From Octopus sinensis (lineage: Eukaryota): a stretch of DNA of 64,000 nucleotides. The translations under genes and the position numbers were made by a program. This document shows, one piece after another, positions 1 through 12,559 of this stretch. Within the stretch, counting starts at the first letter, position 1. Every line of letters starts with the position of its first letter. The notes under the pieces were generated by a model, which was not told the origin of the DNA, searched no databases, and saw only the letters and a program-made list of their open reading frames with translations. The stretch covers positions 10,478,001 through 10,542,000 of the forward strand of contig NC_043011.1 in the NCBI RefSeq assembly GCF_006345805.1. The letters run 5' to 3'.

Positions 1-1057
1 ATCAACCCCGCCAAATCCCAGCTGTCTTGCAATTCCCCCTTTCCCCAGTCCCTCAATATTTCGCGTATTTCTTCCTTGTTTATTACATCTAATATATGGG
101 GACGAGAATTTTTAAAGTTATCCTGAGTGTCTGTGTTATCTTGTTTGTTTTGTTTTCTTGTTGGTGGGGAGCGGGTGAGTTCAGTGTCTGCAGGGGAAGG
201 GTGGGCCCCAAAGGGTTCGGGTGGTGATGGGGTGGGTTGGGGTTCAGAATAGTTTGCCTTTTTTCTCCTTCTCTTCCTCCTTCTTCCCATGGATTCCCAT
301 TCTGCTGGTAATTCCTCCTCGTCCACTTGCTTCTCTTCCGCTGTATTCTGCTCCTCCTGGGGCTCCTCTACCTCTTTTGCTGGTTCTTTTCTTTGTTCTT
401 TTGTTGGGGGGGCAGTTAGCTCTTATGTGGCCCTTCAAGCACTGATGATGGCTGCCACAATCCACTCTCCGTCTATGTCTGGTAGTATTCTTTGCACCCT
501 GATCCGGGTCGTCCTCCTTCCCAGATACGAGGGCAGAAGGATACCCTCTCCGACTTTATTGTTTTCGCCGCCATTCTCCTTGCCACTTTTTCGGTTTTAA
601 ATTGTACAACCACGGGGCCGAACCCAACACCTCTTGCAAGAAATGCTACCTCCTCTTCTGTCATTCTCAGTGCTTCCTCTACCATTTCCATGCCGAGCAA
701 ATCTATTCTCCTTTTTTCGTTGGCGAATACTCTATACGTAATGGTCCTCTTCTCACACCAGTCTCTTCTTTTCCTTGGCAGCGACAATTCAACTTCACCG
801 CCGACCTTCGTAACAAATTCTTGATAACCTGGCAACTTAGCCAGGTCGATCTCTTTTTCCGTTGACTTCGTCGCTCGCGCGTATGTTGTTTTCTCTCCGA
901 GTGCTCTGCCCAATTTCCTCACTGCCTTTTCCATTTCCTCCTCAGAGGTCGACAGGTCCGACTCGCTGAGGCTTGTAAAAACCTTTTTTCTTGCAATTTT
1001 CTCCCTTAGGGAGGGGCAAACCGTTTTTTCCTTGTCTGTCTCAATACAGACAGACAA
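1..1057 (-). mobile_element. L1/Tx1-like non-LTR retrotransposon ORF1 (gag-like), frameshifted and internally deleted; runs off the window start
   Basis: ORF 473..1057 continues by frameshift (RTTRIRVQRILPDIDGEWIVAAIIS), then a zinc-knuckle remnant CLKGHIRANCPP and a K/E-rich tail. The same knuckle (CFECGLKGHIRK) occurs at 17962..18156. Confidence 0.6.
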
Positions 1058-1451
1058 AAATCAACAATACCGTTTAACAAAATTTAATAAACAATAACAG
1101 GCAAAGCAATTAGACACAGGTTCCAAAAAACGACTACAGCCAAACTTCATACAGATACTTAATGCTAGCTAATTAGCAGATAATCTAAAGTAAAAGCCGT
1201 GGCAAAGGGTATGTGCACAGCTCCATCTGGACTATTCCATTTCTGTACTTTAATTTTATTTTAATTTATTCCCATTCATGTGAAACCACTTATTCAAGTT
1301 CAAGTCATTGATGCAGTTTTATACCAATTGCTATTTTACTTTTAATTGTTATGTTACGATTTAATTATTATATTATACTTTAGTTTGATTTTAATTACAT
1401 ATAATTCAATTGTTATTATTATCTCTAATTTTTATTGTTAAAGTGAAAGTA

Positions 1452-2240
1452 TCTCTTATTATAAAAGGCAGATTTTATCTGCCTCCCTTTGTCTCTTATA
1501 GAAATCTACAATATAGGATTTCTTCAATTACAATTTACCTAGCATTTTAAAGAGTAGAATGCATCGGGTCATGCCAGGTCAAGTTTTTAAAATTTCAACC
1601 CCAATTAAGCAAAATTTAGAGAAAACTCACATTGTGGTGTGTGAGTCAAGTGCTTTTCTTAGTGTGAGCTATAGCACACGCACACACACACACACAAAAA
1701 GGGAGCGATCTGATTCACTCACGCTATCACTCTAATTTCTACGACTTTCTCTTTGCAAGTTTGCAACGATTAAAGTGAAACTATTTCGATAAAACGAGAG
1801 AAATGTACCTTAAACCACTACTAAAAAAAAACACAGCAAACAGAAACAAATAAATACATAACGATTTACTCCTCACACAATTTCTTCAATTAGAGTTTAC
1901 CCATGATTTTTCAAAGTACTTCCATTGGGTCATGCCATACAAAATTTCTTTCAATTTTACCCCCAATTAAGACAAAATTCGAGAAAACTCAATATTTTAA
2001 CATTTCACTCCGAAAGCATTGATGTACATGTGTGCGTGCGTGAGTGTGTGTGTGTCATTCCTCATACACACGCATACACATACATATATGACAGTGACAA
2101 ACACAAACGTTTCAAACAACTACATACAAACACGTGTGTGTTTGTTATTAGTAAAAAAGGCGCCAAAACACAACTCACTTCTCATTCCAACACATTTGCA
2201 AAGACACACGGACGGTCGAATTGCTATAACAATACAGAAA
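1452..2240 (+). mobile_element. Probable non-autonomous Helitron-like fragment; 3' end not clear
   Basis: A|TCTCTTATTATAAAA start followed by hairpin GGCAGA-tttta-TCTGCC; internal ~75-bp imperfect repeat (about 1565-1630 vs 1925-1990). Confidence 0.4.
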
Positions 2241-2283
2241 ATGTAAATTGGTTTTTATTTTACTTTCTGTCGTTAAATTTTGG

Positions 2284-3126
2284 TAGTATTAATTGGCGAG
2301 CCGAGCTTGCAGTATGAAACAGTGTTTATGTATAACAGACGACACTTATATATAGTTATTAATAAATGTATGCATCCGTTTAAAAGAAAAACCAAAAAAT
2401 ATTTTATTCTTTATAAATGTTGTGTTCAAAATAACATTTTCTTTTAAGAATGTGTATATAACAAAGTATGTGTATATAACTACGTGGCTTATATCTTTAT
2501 ATATAAAAGTGAAGTTGTGTGTCTGTCTCCTACGATTTAGATTCCTAACTACTCCCACATTTTGCGGTGCAGTGTAACCAAAACCGGGTATCTTATAGTC
2601 GTGATTCATATCGAGCCCTTCTGGGTATTAGCGTGCGTCTACGATGAGTCTACGATTTAAAAAAAATTACTATCATATTTTTCCATTTTAATGCATTTTT
2701 TTCGCTATTATATAAGGGAAGTAACTCTCTAAAAATATCTACGATGTGTCAACGATATAAAATAAAATTTACCTTAATTTTTTTTCCATTTTTAATGCAT
2801 TTTTTTGCTATGTTTTGGCTATAACTCTCTAAAAATGCTTATATAGTTATTTCCCTTACAAACCCGAGCAACGCCGGGCGATACTGCTAGTCTGACATAA
2901 AATAGAGAGATGTTTTTGTTTCACTTTTAACACGTAATACTGAAATTGTGGAGAAATTATGATATTGATGTGGGCTCGCCCTAGGCAAGAAGTTAAACAT
3001 TTTTTGCCGATGACACTCCCTGGACCCTAAGTAAGGCATGTGTAAAATTTGAATAAAGTTGGTTGTGTAGTTCTCAAGTTTTAGGGAAACACATTCACAG
3101 ACAGACAGCAGTTTTATATATATAGA
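2284..3126 (-). mobile_element. Non-autonomous Helitron on the minus strand, interrupted by a second Helitron
   Basis: Minus 5' end A|TCTATATATATAAAACTGCTGTCTGTCTG at 3126; 3' hairpin GCAAGC-tcg-GCTCGC followed 9 nt later by CTAC (degenerate CTAG) near 2284. Confidence 0.55.
2494..2890 (+). mobile_element. Non-autonomous Helitron (397 bp), complete ends
   Basis: A|TCTTTATATATAAAAG at the 5' end; subterminal hairpin CCCG-agcaacgc-CGGG then CTAG|T at the 3' end; inserted between A and T without a TSD. Confidence 0.8.
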
Positions 3127-3649
3127 TTAATTTCGTTTAAAGAACATTTCAGACATTTTGTCTCGTTTCTGTTCTTAAAGTGAATAAATGTTTATAACTG
3201 TGTAGGTGATGTGGGAGAGGGCTGTGGGAGCTGTGGGAGGACTGTGGAAGGGAACTGTGGAAGGGGAGGGAGTTGTGTGGGATATGTCTGTTCCTAGGAA
3301 ACAAATGCAAGATGTAAAATACAGAGATGTCCCGTGTTTCTCGCTTCTACTTGAGTTTCTGTTCATGTATCGCCGCCGCCCCTACAAATTTACAACAGAA
3401 CTGTTCCACTGGAAGTTTTAAAATGTAACATTTTAATTGTAACTCTGATCGAAGAATTTGAAGTCTTCGTGCTGTTCATCGGGTTAATTAAGTAATTCTC
3501 TTGCCTGCTATGTCACACCTGAGCTAAGAAAGATCTTTGACAATAACAAGTTGAACACCTGAGTCACTACAGATGAGTTCGAATTACCGACAATCATTAC
3601 TTTATCACTCACAAGACTAACAGTAAGAATGGTGGAATTAACTGTAAAT

Positions 3650-3965
3650 TTACTATTTGGCCTCAAATCAAATAGAAACACTGCTGATCAAAGACCATCA
3701 TGAAGAATGTAGACCGATTCTTGCTGCACCAGAAAACGCGATCTTTTGATAACTTTTGTGAAATTTTCTAAAGCATTTGGTTATGTAAATAAGATCTCTT
3801 CTATTGTAGACAGCCTAAAGTTCTATGAAATATCAAATTCTTTCATTAATGCTATAATGTCTTGGTACATTGCCTATCTTTCAGGATGGGAAAAGTTGTC
3901 AGGCATTCTTCATGGACACAATTACAAACTTTTCCTACTTGTCATGGATTATGCAGTGCTTATAA
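3650..3965 (+). pseudogene. Degraded RTE-clade LINE reverse transcriptase fragment
   Basis: ITFVKFSKAFGYV resembles the FxDFxKAFDSV motif; GILHGH..LFLLVMDYA resembles GVLQGDxLAPxLFxIVxDY. Confidence 0.55.
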
Positions 3966-4639
3966 ATCTGCGGAAGATGGGTGCACTGTCAAAAGAAGGC
4001 TGTCCAGTAGATTTAGTGCTGAAAAACTTTATGTATTGGTCTTTCCTCTATGCATTTGCACACGTACGCACGCACGGATGCACACACGCACGCACACATT
4101 ACACACGCATGCACACATTACACACGCATTCTTCATATGTATGTATATAAATTATGTATAATGAGTGCCAAAGAAAATATGATAGAAAGAGAAAAGGCAG
4201 AAGGCTATATACAATGATAAATAGAAAAAGTGAAAGTTGGAGAGTGAGAAAGTGAGGAGGAATTTTATGCAACAATCTGACAGGAAAAACTAATTTACAA
4301 GTGAGTTATTTGAAAAGCATATTTTTAGAAATTTTTTCCCTGATCGCCTGCATAAAAAATATCAATTGAAGTAATTTCGAAGTTTTATGAGAAAATGGGG
4401 AGGCAAAAAATGGAATGGTTAAAAGCACAACAGATGAGATGGATGAGTTTGCCATATTTATGAGGATTCGAATTATTTTTTACTTGAGATATAATATAAA
4501 ATTGCTTCAGACAACCACAACCTAACAACTAGTTTACCAATAAAGTAGTTATTTCAGACACCATGATATCACTACTACTTCACAGATAAGTGTCAGTAAA
4601 CATTACAACAAACATATATTATATCAATAATGTAATATA

Positions 4640-5812
4640 CACAGACATGACAGAAGTAAATAGACATTAAATTTTTTAAAAATCTGAAATTATGTATACA
4701 AATCATTTATTAATTGTTATAATATGAATACTTAATATCTAGTAGACATGCCCTTTACATTTTCCAATGCAATATTCTCTTGCAGAATTTCTTGCCAAGT
4801 TTCATGCAGTAATCTCTAAAGATCTCGCTTTAAAGATGCTTTCTTGTTCTTTTTATGAACTGTCCTGTCAATTATGTCCCAGAAGTGTTCAACAGGTTTC
4901 ATCTCTGGTCACTGGCTTGGCCATAGAAGCTTTTTAATGCCATCCTCATCCAATAAATTTTGGGTCATTTTAGCCGTGTGACAAGGAGCCCCATCTTCCA
5001 TAAATAAAGAGTCTTCTTTAACCATTTAACCATTGGAGATGATTGCAAAGAGTCCTTTCTACTATATGGACACATATTTATCTGAGTTTATGTTTCTATC
5101 ACACTCCACCTGCTCTGAATTCTTCCCCAGACCATCATATAATAGCTGCCGTGTTTCGTATTTGGCCGCAATTTTTTCACATTCAATTTTTGCCACACTC
5201 GATCACTTTCAGGAATTACAGCAAATTTCTGGATTCATCAGAGAGCATGACAGTGTCCCAAAATGCTAGTGGCCTCTCCACCATCTCACTCGCCCAATCT
5301 TTTCTCCGCTTAATGTTCGCTGGTCGAAGAAGTGGCTTCCTTCTTGCTGCTCTGCCATAGTAACCAAGTTTGCGAAGATACCCGACAGCTGTTCTAGGAC
5401 TGACATCAACTTGTTCTACTATGTCAAAGGCTTTGCAACGAGGATTATCCTCTACACTTCTCTTAGCAAAGAGAAGGGCCTTGTCAGAGGACCCTCGTTG
5501 ATCTGAGTGAGGTGATGTGGACTCCTTTCCTTCTCTGGTGAATTACACAATCACTATTAACTATAGAAAGCGGGATCACAAGATTTTCTGCGATTTTACG
5601 CTGACTATGTCTACCCTCAGAATGACCCGCAATACGGCTTCTTTGAAATTCAGATAGTTCCAAAGCTACTTTTGTATATGGCATCATTAAACAGTCACAT
5701 ATAGAAACTTGAACATAAAAAAGCCAATTAACAAAAAAGAATGACTTTACAAGTTAGAATAAATATAAAACGATGTTTTATGGGCTGTCTATTTACTTCT
5801 GTCATGTCTGTG
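4640..5812 (-). mobile_element. Tc1-family DNA transposon with decayed transposase
   Basis: 27-bp perfect TIRs CACAGACATGACAGAAGTAAATAGACA (4640-4666 and 5786-5812) with TA on both sides; minus-strand motifs ELSEFQRSRI, LSDESR, EDGAPCHTAK, WPSQ*PEMKPVEHFWD. Confidence 0.9.
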
Positions 5813-6039
5813 TAGCTGTGCTATTAAATAGTTATGATATTGCTATTGCAATAATGTTAAAGTATTATATAGCATAGATATAATATATATTATATAGCAT
5901 AGATATAATAGATGCAGGTCGAGAAAGCTGTATGAGAGCTCAATAGAAAGAAAAGAAAAGGGAACGAACAACTTGGACAATGTATTTGCTTTGATGTTGC
6001 AGTTCACATCATATTTGAACATCTCTTGCTGAAGCTAGA

Positions 6040-6232
6040 CGAATAATCCTATCTTTTATCGGCAAAACACCTGAAGTTTGGTGTGAAGTGGACTTGTCGA
6101 TGATGTCAGTGCGCGAACGGAACATAATTTATCCATCCTGAAAGGATGGACAGCCAACCTCAGCGGAGTTTGAACTTCGCAAAGTCGAGAGAAATGCTTT
6201 TAAGATTTACGAGTCTGTTAGTTCGCCACCCT
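6040..6232 (-). mobile_element. Degenerate tRNA-derived SINE (Meta-type core)
   Basis: Diverged match to the copies at 20401 and 36335 (tcctgaaaggatg...ctcagcggagtttgaact...agttcgccacc). Confidence 0.5.
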
Positions 6233-6678
6233 TGAAGTTAGTTAAATAATAAACAAACATACGACTAAGAGAATCAGACGAAAATCTGAAATCCATAAAA
6301 TAACATGTCATGAAGTCCATCAAACTTCCCATGGGCACGGGGAAGATCTTAGGGTTATCTCACTCCTAAAATAGCTTTGCAGCATACCAAGTCACCTCTC
6401 TGGTATTTTCATCACCAGGCAAAATAATGGTCGATCCCAAACAGGAATCATACGTCTTGTTGACTGGTCTTGCTTTAGTTCTGCTTCTAGTCAACAAGCA
6501 AGCCTGAGGACTACTTGACCATGTGGCAGGTTGAACTGGATTGCCACATATATTATAATAGCACTCAACACGGCGTCATATAATATAGATTATAATGCAG
6601 CTATTATGTTATAACTATATTACTGTATTATAACTATATTATATCTGAATTATAATCATTGTAATATAGCTACATAAA

Positions 6679-7600
6679 TGAAGTGATACCAAAAAGATCT
6701 CGGAATAGTTCTGTAGGATGCCAACAGATGGCAGCACTCGGTTCCATGCACAGTGAGAGCTAGAAGTGACATTCATGAGGCAGCGTGCCGAGTGGCATTG
6801 CTGTGTTTACTTCGCAATGTGTGAAATTTGTTCCTTTGTGATCCCGTGTGTCTTCTGTAGTCTGCGATTTTGCCATGGACAGGCAACAAAGAGCTAACGT
6901 GAGATTTTGCGTTCAACTCTGGAAGTCTGCTGCAGAGACATTGAGCATGCTTCGCCAAATTTACGGCAACAACACAATAGGTCGTCCGCAATGTTTCGAG
7001 TGGAACGGGCGCTTCAAAGGTGGAACAAGTTTCCTGGAAAACGATGAGCGATCTGGGAGATCTACCACGACCGTCACCCCGCAAATTTGGTATTGTGCAA
7101 CGAGAATTCCACTGCCAGAGCCAGACCGTCAATAAAGAGTTCTGCTGCGACGTTTTGAAGCATTGGAGGGAGTATATTCGACGAAATCGACCGGGTCTGT
7201 TCGGCGCGAAAAATTAGATTCTTCACGACGACAATGCACCTTGTCACCGTGCTCTCTTCACTGGTGAGCTTCTCGCCAAAACAACATGGTATTGCGTTCG
7301 CACCCGCTCATTTCACCAGATTTAGCACCTGCGGACTTCCATCTCTTCCACAAGATGAACGTGCAGCCCAAAGATTGCCGTTTTAACACCGTTGTCGAGA
7401 TCAATAGCGAATAGCATATGGTCCTCGACTCGCTTACCTAAAATGTCTTTCAGGCTGGATTCCAAAAGTGGCAGGAACGCTGGGGCCAGTGTATTGCTGC
7501 GCGAGCTGACTATTTCGAAGGAGATGATATTAAAAATGTAGATAAATAAGTTATGCTTTATTAAACATAACTAGTCCGAGAACCTTTTGATACCACCTCG
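6679..7600 (+). mobile_element. Mariner transposon, internally deleted
   Basis: Imperfect ~32-bp TIRs (6679-6710 and 7569-7600); HTH region QQRANVRFCVQL...CFEWNGRFKGG...DERSGR fused to catalytic C-half (QTVNKEF, LHDDNAPCH, SPDLAPADF); central part missing. Confidence 0.9.
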
Positions 7601-7973
7601 TAGTATAGGTATACAAGCGCTGCATACTCTTTCAGCTATAGCGTCTATGTAATAGTAATATATATATATATATTTAATGTTCGTGTGTGTGTGTATATAT
7701 ATGTCCATCAATGTGTGAGTATGCGCTTTCAACAATTCATTAATAGATTGCCATATGCTGTGAATATATTATCGCTAGAAGGTGGTAGGGGTTCGCACCC
7801 TGCTCGCAATTAATCGAATGCAATTCTGTATTGTTAACCAGCTAGACAAGATGTCCTCTTGGGGGTTAAAAAATCGCATTCGATCGGACAGCCATGTCGA
7901 AGTGGCTTCGAATATTTCTTGTTAATGCAACTACTGCGTTGATCTCTTACAGAGATTTTAGAACTTCCATTTT

Positions 7974-8052
<79 letters not shown>

Positions 8053-8069
8053 TAGAAATATTCAAAATG

Positions 8070-8316
8070 AATAATTAAATTACACCATCTAGAAAATTAC
8101 ATATAATAGAAAAGTTAAAATTAAAATAACAATTAAAAAGTAATGATTAAGTAAATTACAAAATTAATATAATGTATATAATAGGAAGAAAACGACACGT
8201 GTTTCGCTGCTATAGTTAAGAAATGATTATAGTAGTAGAGAAATCACTTGCATCAGGTTAAAAATAAAATAGAACAATAAAATAATTAATTAATAAATAT
8301 TAGAATATTAAAGTTA

Positions 8317-8351
<35 letters not shown>

Positions 8352-8772
8352 ATATATATATACATAAGTGAAAAATAAAATAATACTTCAATAAATTAAA
8401 TACTTTAAAATTAAATAAAATACACAAAGCTATTACAAGTCATTAAATTGTAATCAAAATAAGAAATGTTTCAAATAATTATATATATATAGTGCTTATA
8501 TTAGCGAGAAGTTGAGGTTATAAGAGATAATGGTGTCATTGAGACCCAAAGGTGTCAGGTAATGCTGAATAAGTGCTATAGACAGACCATAGTTAAGTTT
8601 CAGATTCGGTAATATTGTGATTAAAGGGTTCAACGTTGGTTCTATGTCAGCAGGTGTATATAAAATTATATATTTTATATATGAAAAAGTTAAATTATAC
8701 CATTTAGAAAAAATTACATCTTATAGAAAGATTAAATATAAGATAAAACATATAACAATGATTAAGTAATTA
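8070..8772 (-). mobile_element. Penelope-like element remnant: GIY-YIG C-terminus, AT-rich UTR, decayed hammerhead, flanking direct repeats
   Basis: Minus frame ...IQHYLTPLGLND (PLE-type LxPxGLN end) at about 8520-8600; hammerhead-like motif at 8191-8259; ~85-bp imperfect direct repeat 8075-8158 and 8690-8772. Confidence 0.55.
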
Positions 8773-8785
8773 TTATTATTATTCT

Positions 8786-11700
8786 ATGTTTGACTTTTGC
8801 TTTATATTTGTACAAGTTGGCTCCAAGTCTCACCCAGAGACCTCAAGAGACAACAGGTTGGAAGTTCATGTTGTTGTTATGCCATGTTGTTGTTATGTGC
8901 CACATATTTGGTTTTTTTTTTTTGGTGTTGTACTAGTGAATGTCCAACAAAAAAAAAACGAAAATTATGTTTGTTTTAAACCCTGAGATTACATAGAAAG
9001 TATTTTGCGTTGGATATGAGTAGTTCCCATGAGCACTATCTTTTGAATTTCTGCCATTTTGGGGTTTCCTGGTATCTGAGTTAGGTAGCAATCAGCCCCT
9101 TTCGCTATCATATCAATGAGGAGGCATATTCTTTGTCTGAAGTCTTTCAATATGATGTCTGGCCTATTTGCATCTATCTTTCTGTCAGTTTGAATGGTGA
9201 AGTTCCAGGAGAGTGAGATGTGGTCATTTTCAAGCACTGGAGGTGGATTGTGTTCCCACCAGTTGGGCTACGTGTTGGGCTACTGCCGTTCTTTAATATG
9301 TTGGCCTGGTAGTTTCTTGTTGGTAGGCATTGATCTTGAGCTGCTATGATGAACCCTTCTGTTTCAGATTTTAAGCCAGAGGCCATTAGCCATTGATGGG
9401 CCAGGGCTTTGTCAATATCTGCATTATTCGCTCTCTTTGGGTATTTGCCATAGAGAGGTTTTTCTTGCCATTTATTATTCGGAATATCTAAGGCCGCAGT
9501 TTTGGCACGGGTTTTCATGCGCCTAGCTTTTTCTGTGCTCGTTTCTTGTATGTCTATCTCTAATTCCGAAATTTGTTGTATTCGGAATTCACTTAGATAT
9601 TCCTTTGCCTGTTTTGTTACTGAGTATGATACTTTCTTGTTTTCATGTTTTGAGACAAGTTTTAACATCCAGTCCTCAGTCTTTTTCAGGTAGGTGTCTA
9701 GGCCAATTGTAGCAATCTTCATTGTTATTGCCAGTTGTAAAAGTCCACGGCCTCCCTCTTTTCTTGGCAGATAAAGTCGTTCTGTATCTGCCTTAGGGTG
9801 GTGCATTCTATGCATTGTCAACAGTTTTCTTATTTTTCTGTCGAGCTGACGTATTTCAGTAATTGACCAGTTAACGATATTGAAACTGTAAGTCACGACT
9901 GGTATGGCTAATGCATTGATCGCTTCGATCCTGTTTCTTGCATTCAGCTCTGTATTGAGTATTGCTCTCACTCTTCGATAACAATCTCTCCTGATCCTTT
10001 CCTTCATCTCTGAATGCCTTATTCCGTTCCCTTCAATTCCCCCTAGATACTTGTAGCTCGCCGCTGGGTCTAATTCGTTTATGACATTCTGCTGGTCAAG
10101 GTTAACGTTAGATGTTTCTGTCATTTTCCCTTTGATAAAGATAGCTTTTGCACATTCATCGAGGCCGAATTGCATTCTGATGTCGTCACTGAATTGTTTG
10201 ACTATCGCTTGTAAGCCCTTGAGTTGTTGGTCATTTTTTGCAAAAAGCTTTAAATCATCCATGTAAATGAGATGATTTATATTTTTATCAAACATTTTAT
10301 ATCCGTACTGCGCGCCATTGAGCAGCTTCGAGAGAGGTATTAAGGCTAAACAAAAGAGGAGTGGTGACAGTGAGTCACCCAGGAAAATGCCACATGAAAT
10401 TTTTACATCACCAGCATTTAGACATTCATTGTCACTGTTCAGAGTTAGTGTGGTTCTCCATGATCTCATACTTACAGTCAAAAAGTTTCGCAGAGTAGGT
10501 GCTATCTTATACATTTACAGGCATTTCTTAATCCAGCTATGTGGTAGGCTATCAAAAGCCTTTTTATAGTCTATCCAGGCTATTGATAAGTTTTTGTGTC
10601 GTTTGTGACAATCTTCTAAGATCATCTTATTGATGAGTAGTTGATCTTTACAGCCGTAAGATCCACGTTTACATCCTTTCTGTTCATTAGGGAATATGCT
10701 GCTGTCTGTTAAAAAACTATAAGTATATTCCGTCAGGACAGATGTTAGTGTTTTATACATAGTTGTTAAGCAGGTTATGGGTCTATAGTGTTTTGGTTCA
10801 TTTGTTTCTTCACTTTTTGGAAGCAGGAATGTTAACCCATTAACTAGCCAAGGAGGCATCCTACTAGGGTGTTGCAAAACATCATTATACAGTTCTGTTA
10901 GAAGTTCATTGCTCTCTGGGAAGGCATTCAACCAGAAGTTAGGAATTTTATCCTTTCCTGGAGACTTCCATTTGCTTGACCTCCTGAGAGCAGATCTTAT
11001 ATCTTCTACCTTGACACCCTCCCACTTTTGCTCTTCTAAGGGGTCCAGTTCTGTAGATATTCTATCAATCCAGGGGGCCTTTTCGTTGTGTGTTTTTTCT
11101 TCTGCCCAAATTTTATTCCAAAATCCCTGCACTTCTTCTTTTGATGGTACAGACCTTGCAGTAACGCTGTTTTTCCTATCTTCCTTTAAAAATTCTTGGG
11201 GTTATTTTTGAACATGTTGTTGTCCTTGAAGAATCTAACACGCTTTTCATTCCTCGCTATGCGGGCAGCTTTGGCAGATACCTTTTGTTTGATGGTTTCT
11301 ATGGTGGCATCAATATCAAGTATAGTTTTCATATTGTATTTTTTCAGTAATTTTGGGGTTTTTGTAGGTTTGGTAGTTATGTGAACCTTAAGGTTTTTCA
11401 AATATTCAATATCAGATCTAAATAGTTTAATTTGTTGTTGCAAACGCTCTTGCCAAGAAGGCTTTTTGTGGGAATCTTGCCGTTTTCTAATCTTTACACC
11501 ACATAGGATCGTTGAGATTTTCGCGGATGCATAGTATAGGTGGTTGAGATTTGTGATATCAACATCATTAGCTGAAATTATATCCTTAAGTGCAAGCCGG
11601 ATTTTACCAATTATTTTCATGTTTTGGTTAGAGTTGCGGATTTTAGGGAGTGTATCACGTTCATCCATGCTGGTTTCTTTAATTTTCAGCCATTCAATCA

Positions 11701-12085
11701 TGATTTGATTTTTTAGCTCATGCAGTTCTGTTGGGTCAATATTTGTGTGACTTTCTTTATCTATTTGATGTTCATCTGTCTTAGTGTTTATGATTGGTTC
11801 AGGGAGTATTTCACTTTGCCTATCACTTATACTAACTCTTTCAATCCTTACTTCGTTTTTATCAGCCCTGGGCTGGTCTATAATTATTTCCTCTGTTCTA
11901 TCTTCTCTAGCTGCAGCTTCGTTCGTTTTATCCGATATTGCTTGTCTAATGTGATCAATCTCTACTTCAGTCAGTAATTTTTTTAATAATGTTTCTTCTG
12001 ACGTTGGCAAGTTTGTTACTGTCTATGTAGGGTCTTACTTCAGGGTGTTTCTGTCTCCAGTTTAAGTATGTTTGTACAGTGTTAG

Positions 12086-12086
<1 letters not shown>
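8786..12086 (-). mobile_element. Dong/R4-clade non-LTR retrotransposon (RT plus restriction-like endonuclease), 5'-truncated, frameshifted, in (TAA)n
   Basis: ORFs 11186..12010, 10515..11132, 9174..10514 and 8989..9237 carry YRPITCL, QKGCKRGSYGCKDQL, IDYKKAFDS, GDSLSP, YMDDLKL, MHHPKAD..RLYLPRKEGGRG and ANRPDII; flanked by TTA repeats; CCHC knuckle and part of the endonuclease deleted. Confidence 0.92.
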
Positions 12087-12151
<65 letters not shown>

Positions 12152-12404
12152 CATATGTGCATGTATGTGTACGTACATATACATGTATATATACCTATAT
12201 ATATGAGTATATTTGTATATATGCATGTATATGTACATATACCTATATATATATATACATGTATGTATACGTACATATATATGTAAATATACCTATATCA
12301 TCATCATTGTTCGACCGTGGTCGAAACAATGGAATTTACCATGCTATGCCAGACTTCATGGTCCATCATGGCATTACCTATATATATTACCATCATATAT
12401 ATTA

Positions 12405-12440
<36 letters not shown>

Positions 12441-12559
12441 TATACATTTATATATATTTGCATTTATATGTAGATATATATGTATATATACCTAGGTATA
12501 TATATGAGTATATTTATACATATGCATGTAAATAACAAATGAAAGACAGGAGATGGTAT

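Noticed and set aside
3206-3421. 71-aa ORF ending YRRRPYKFTTELFHWKF
   Set aside because: No family recognised; it starts in a low-complexity G-rich tract and adjoins an RTE relic.
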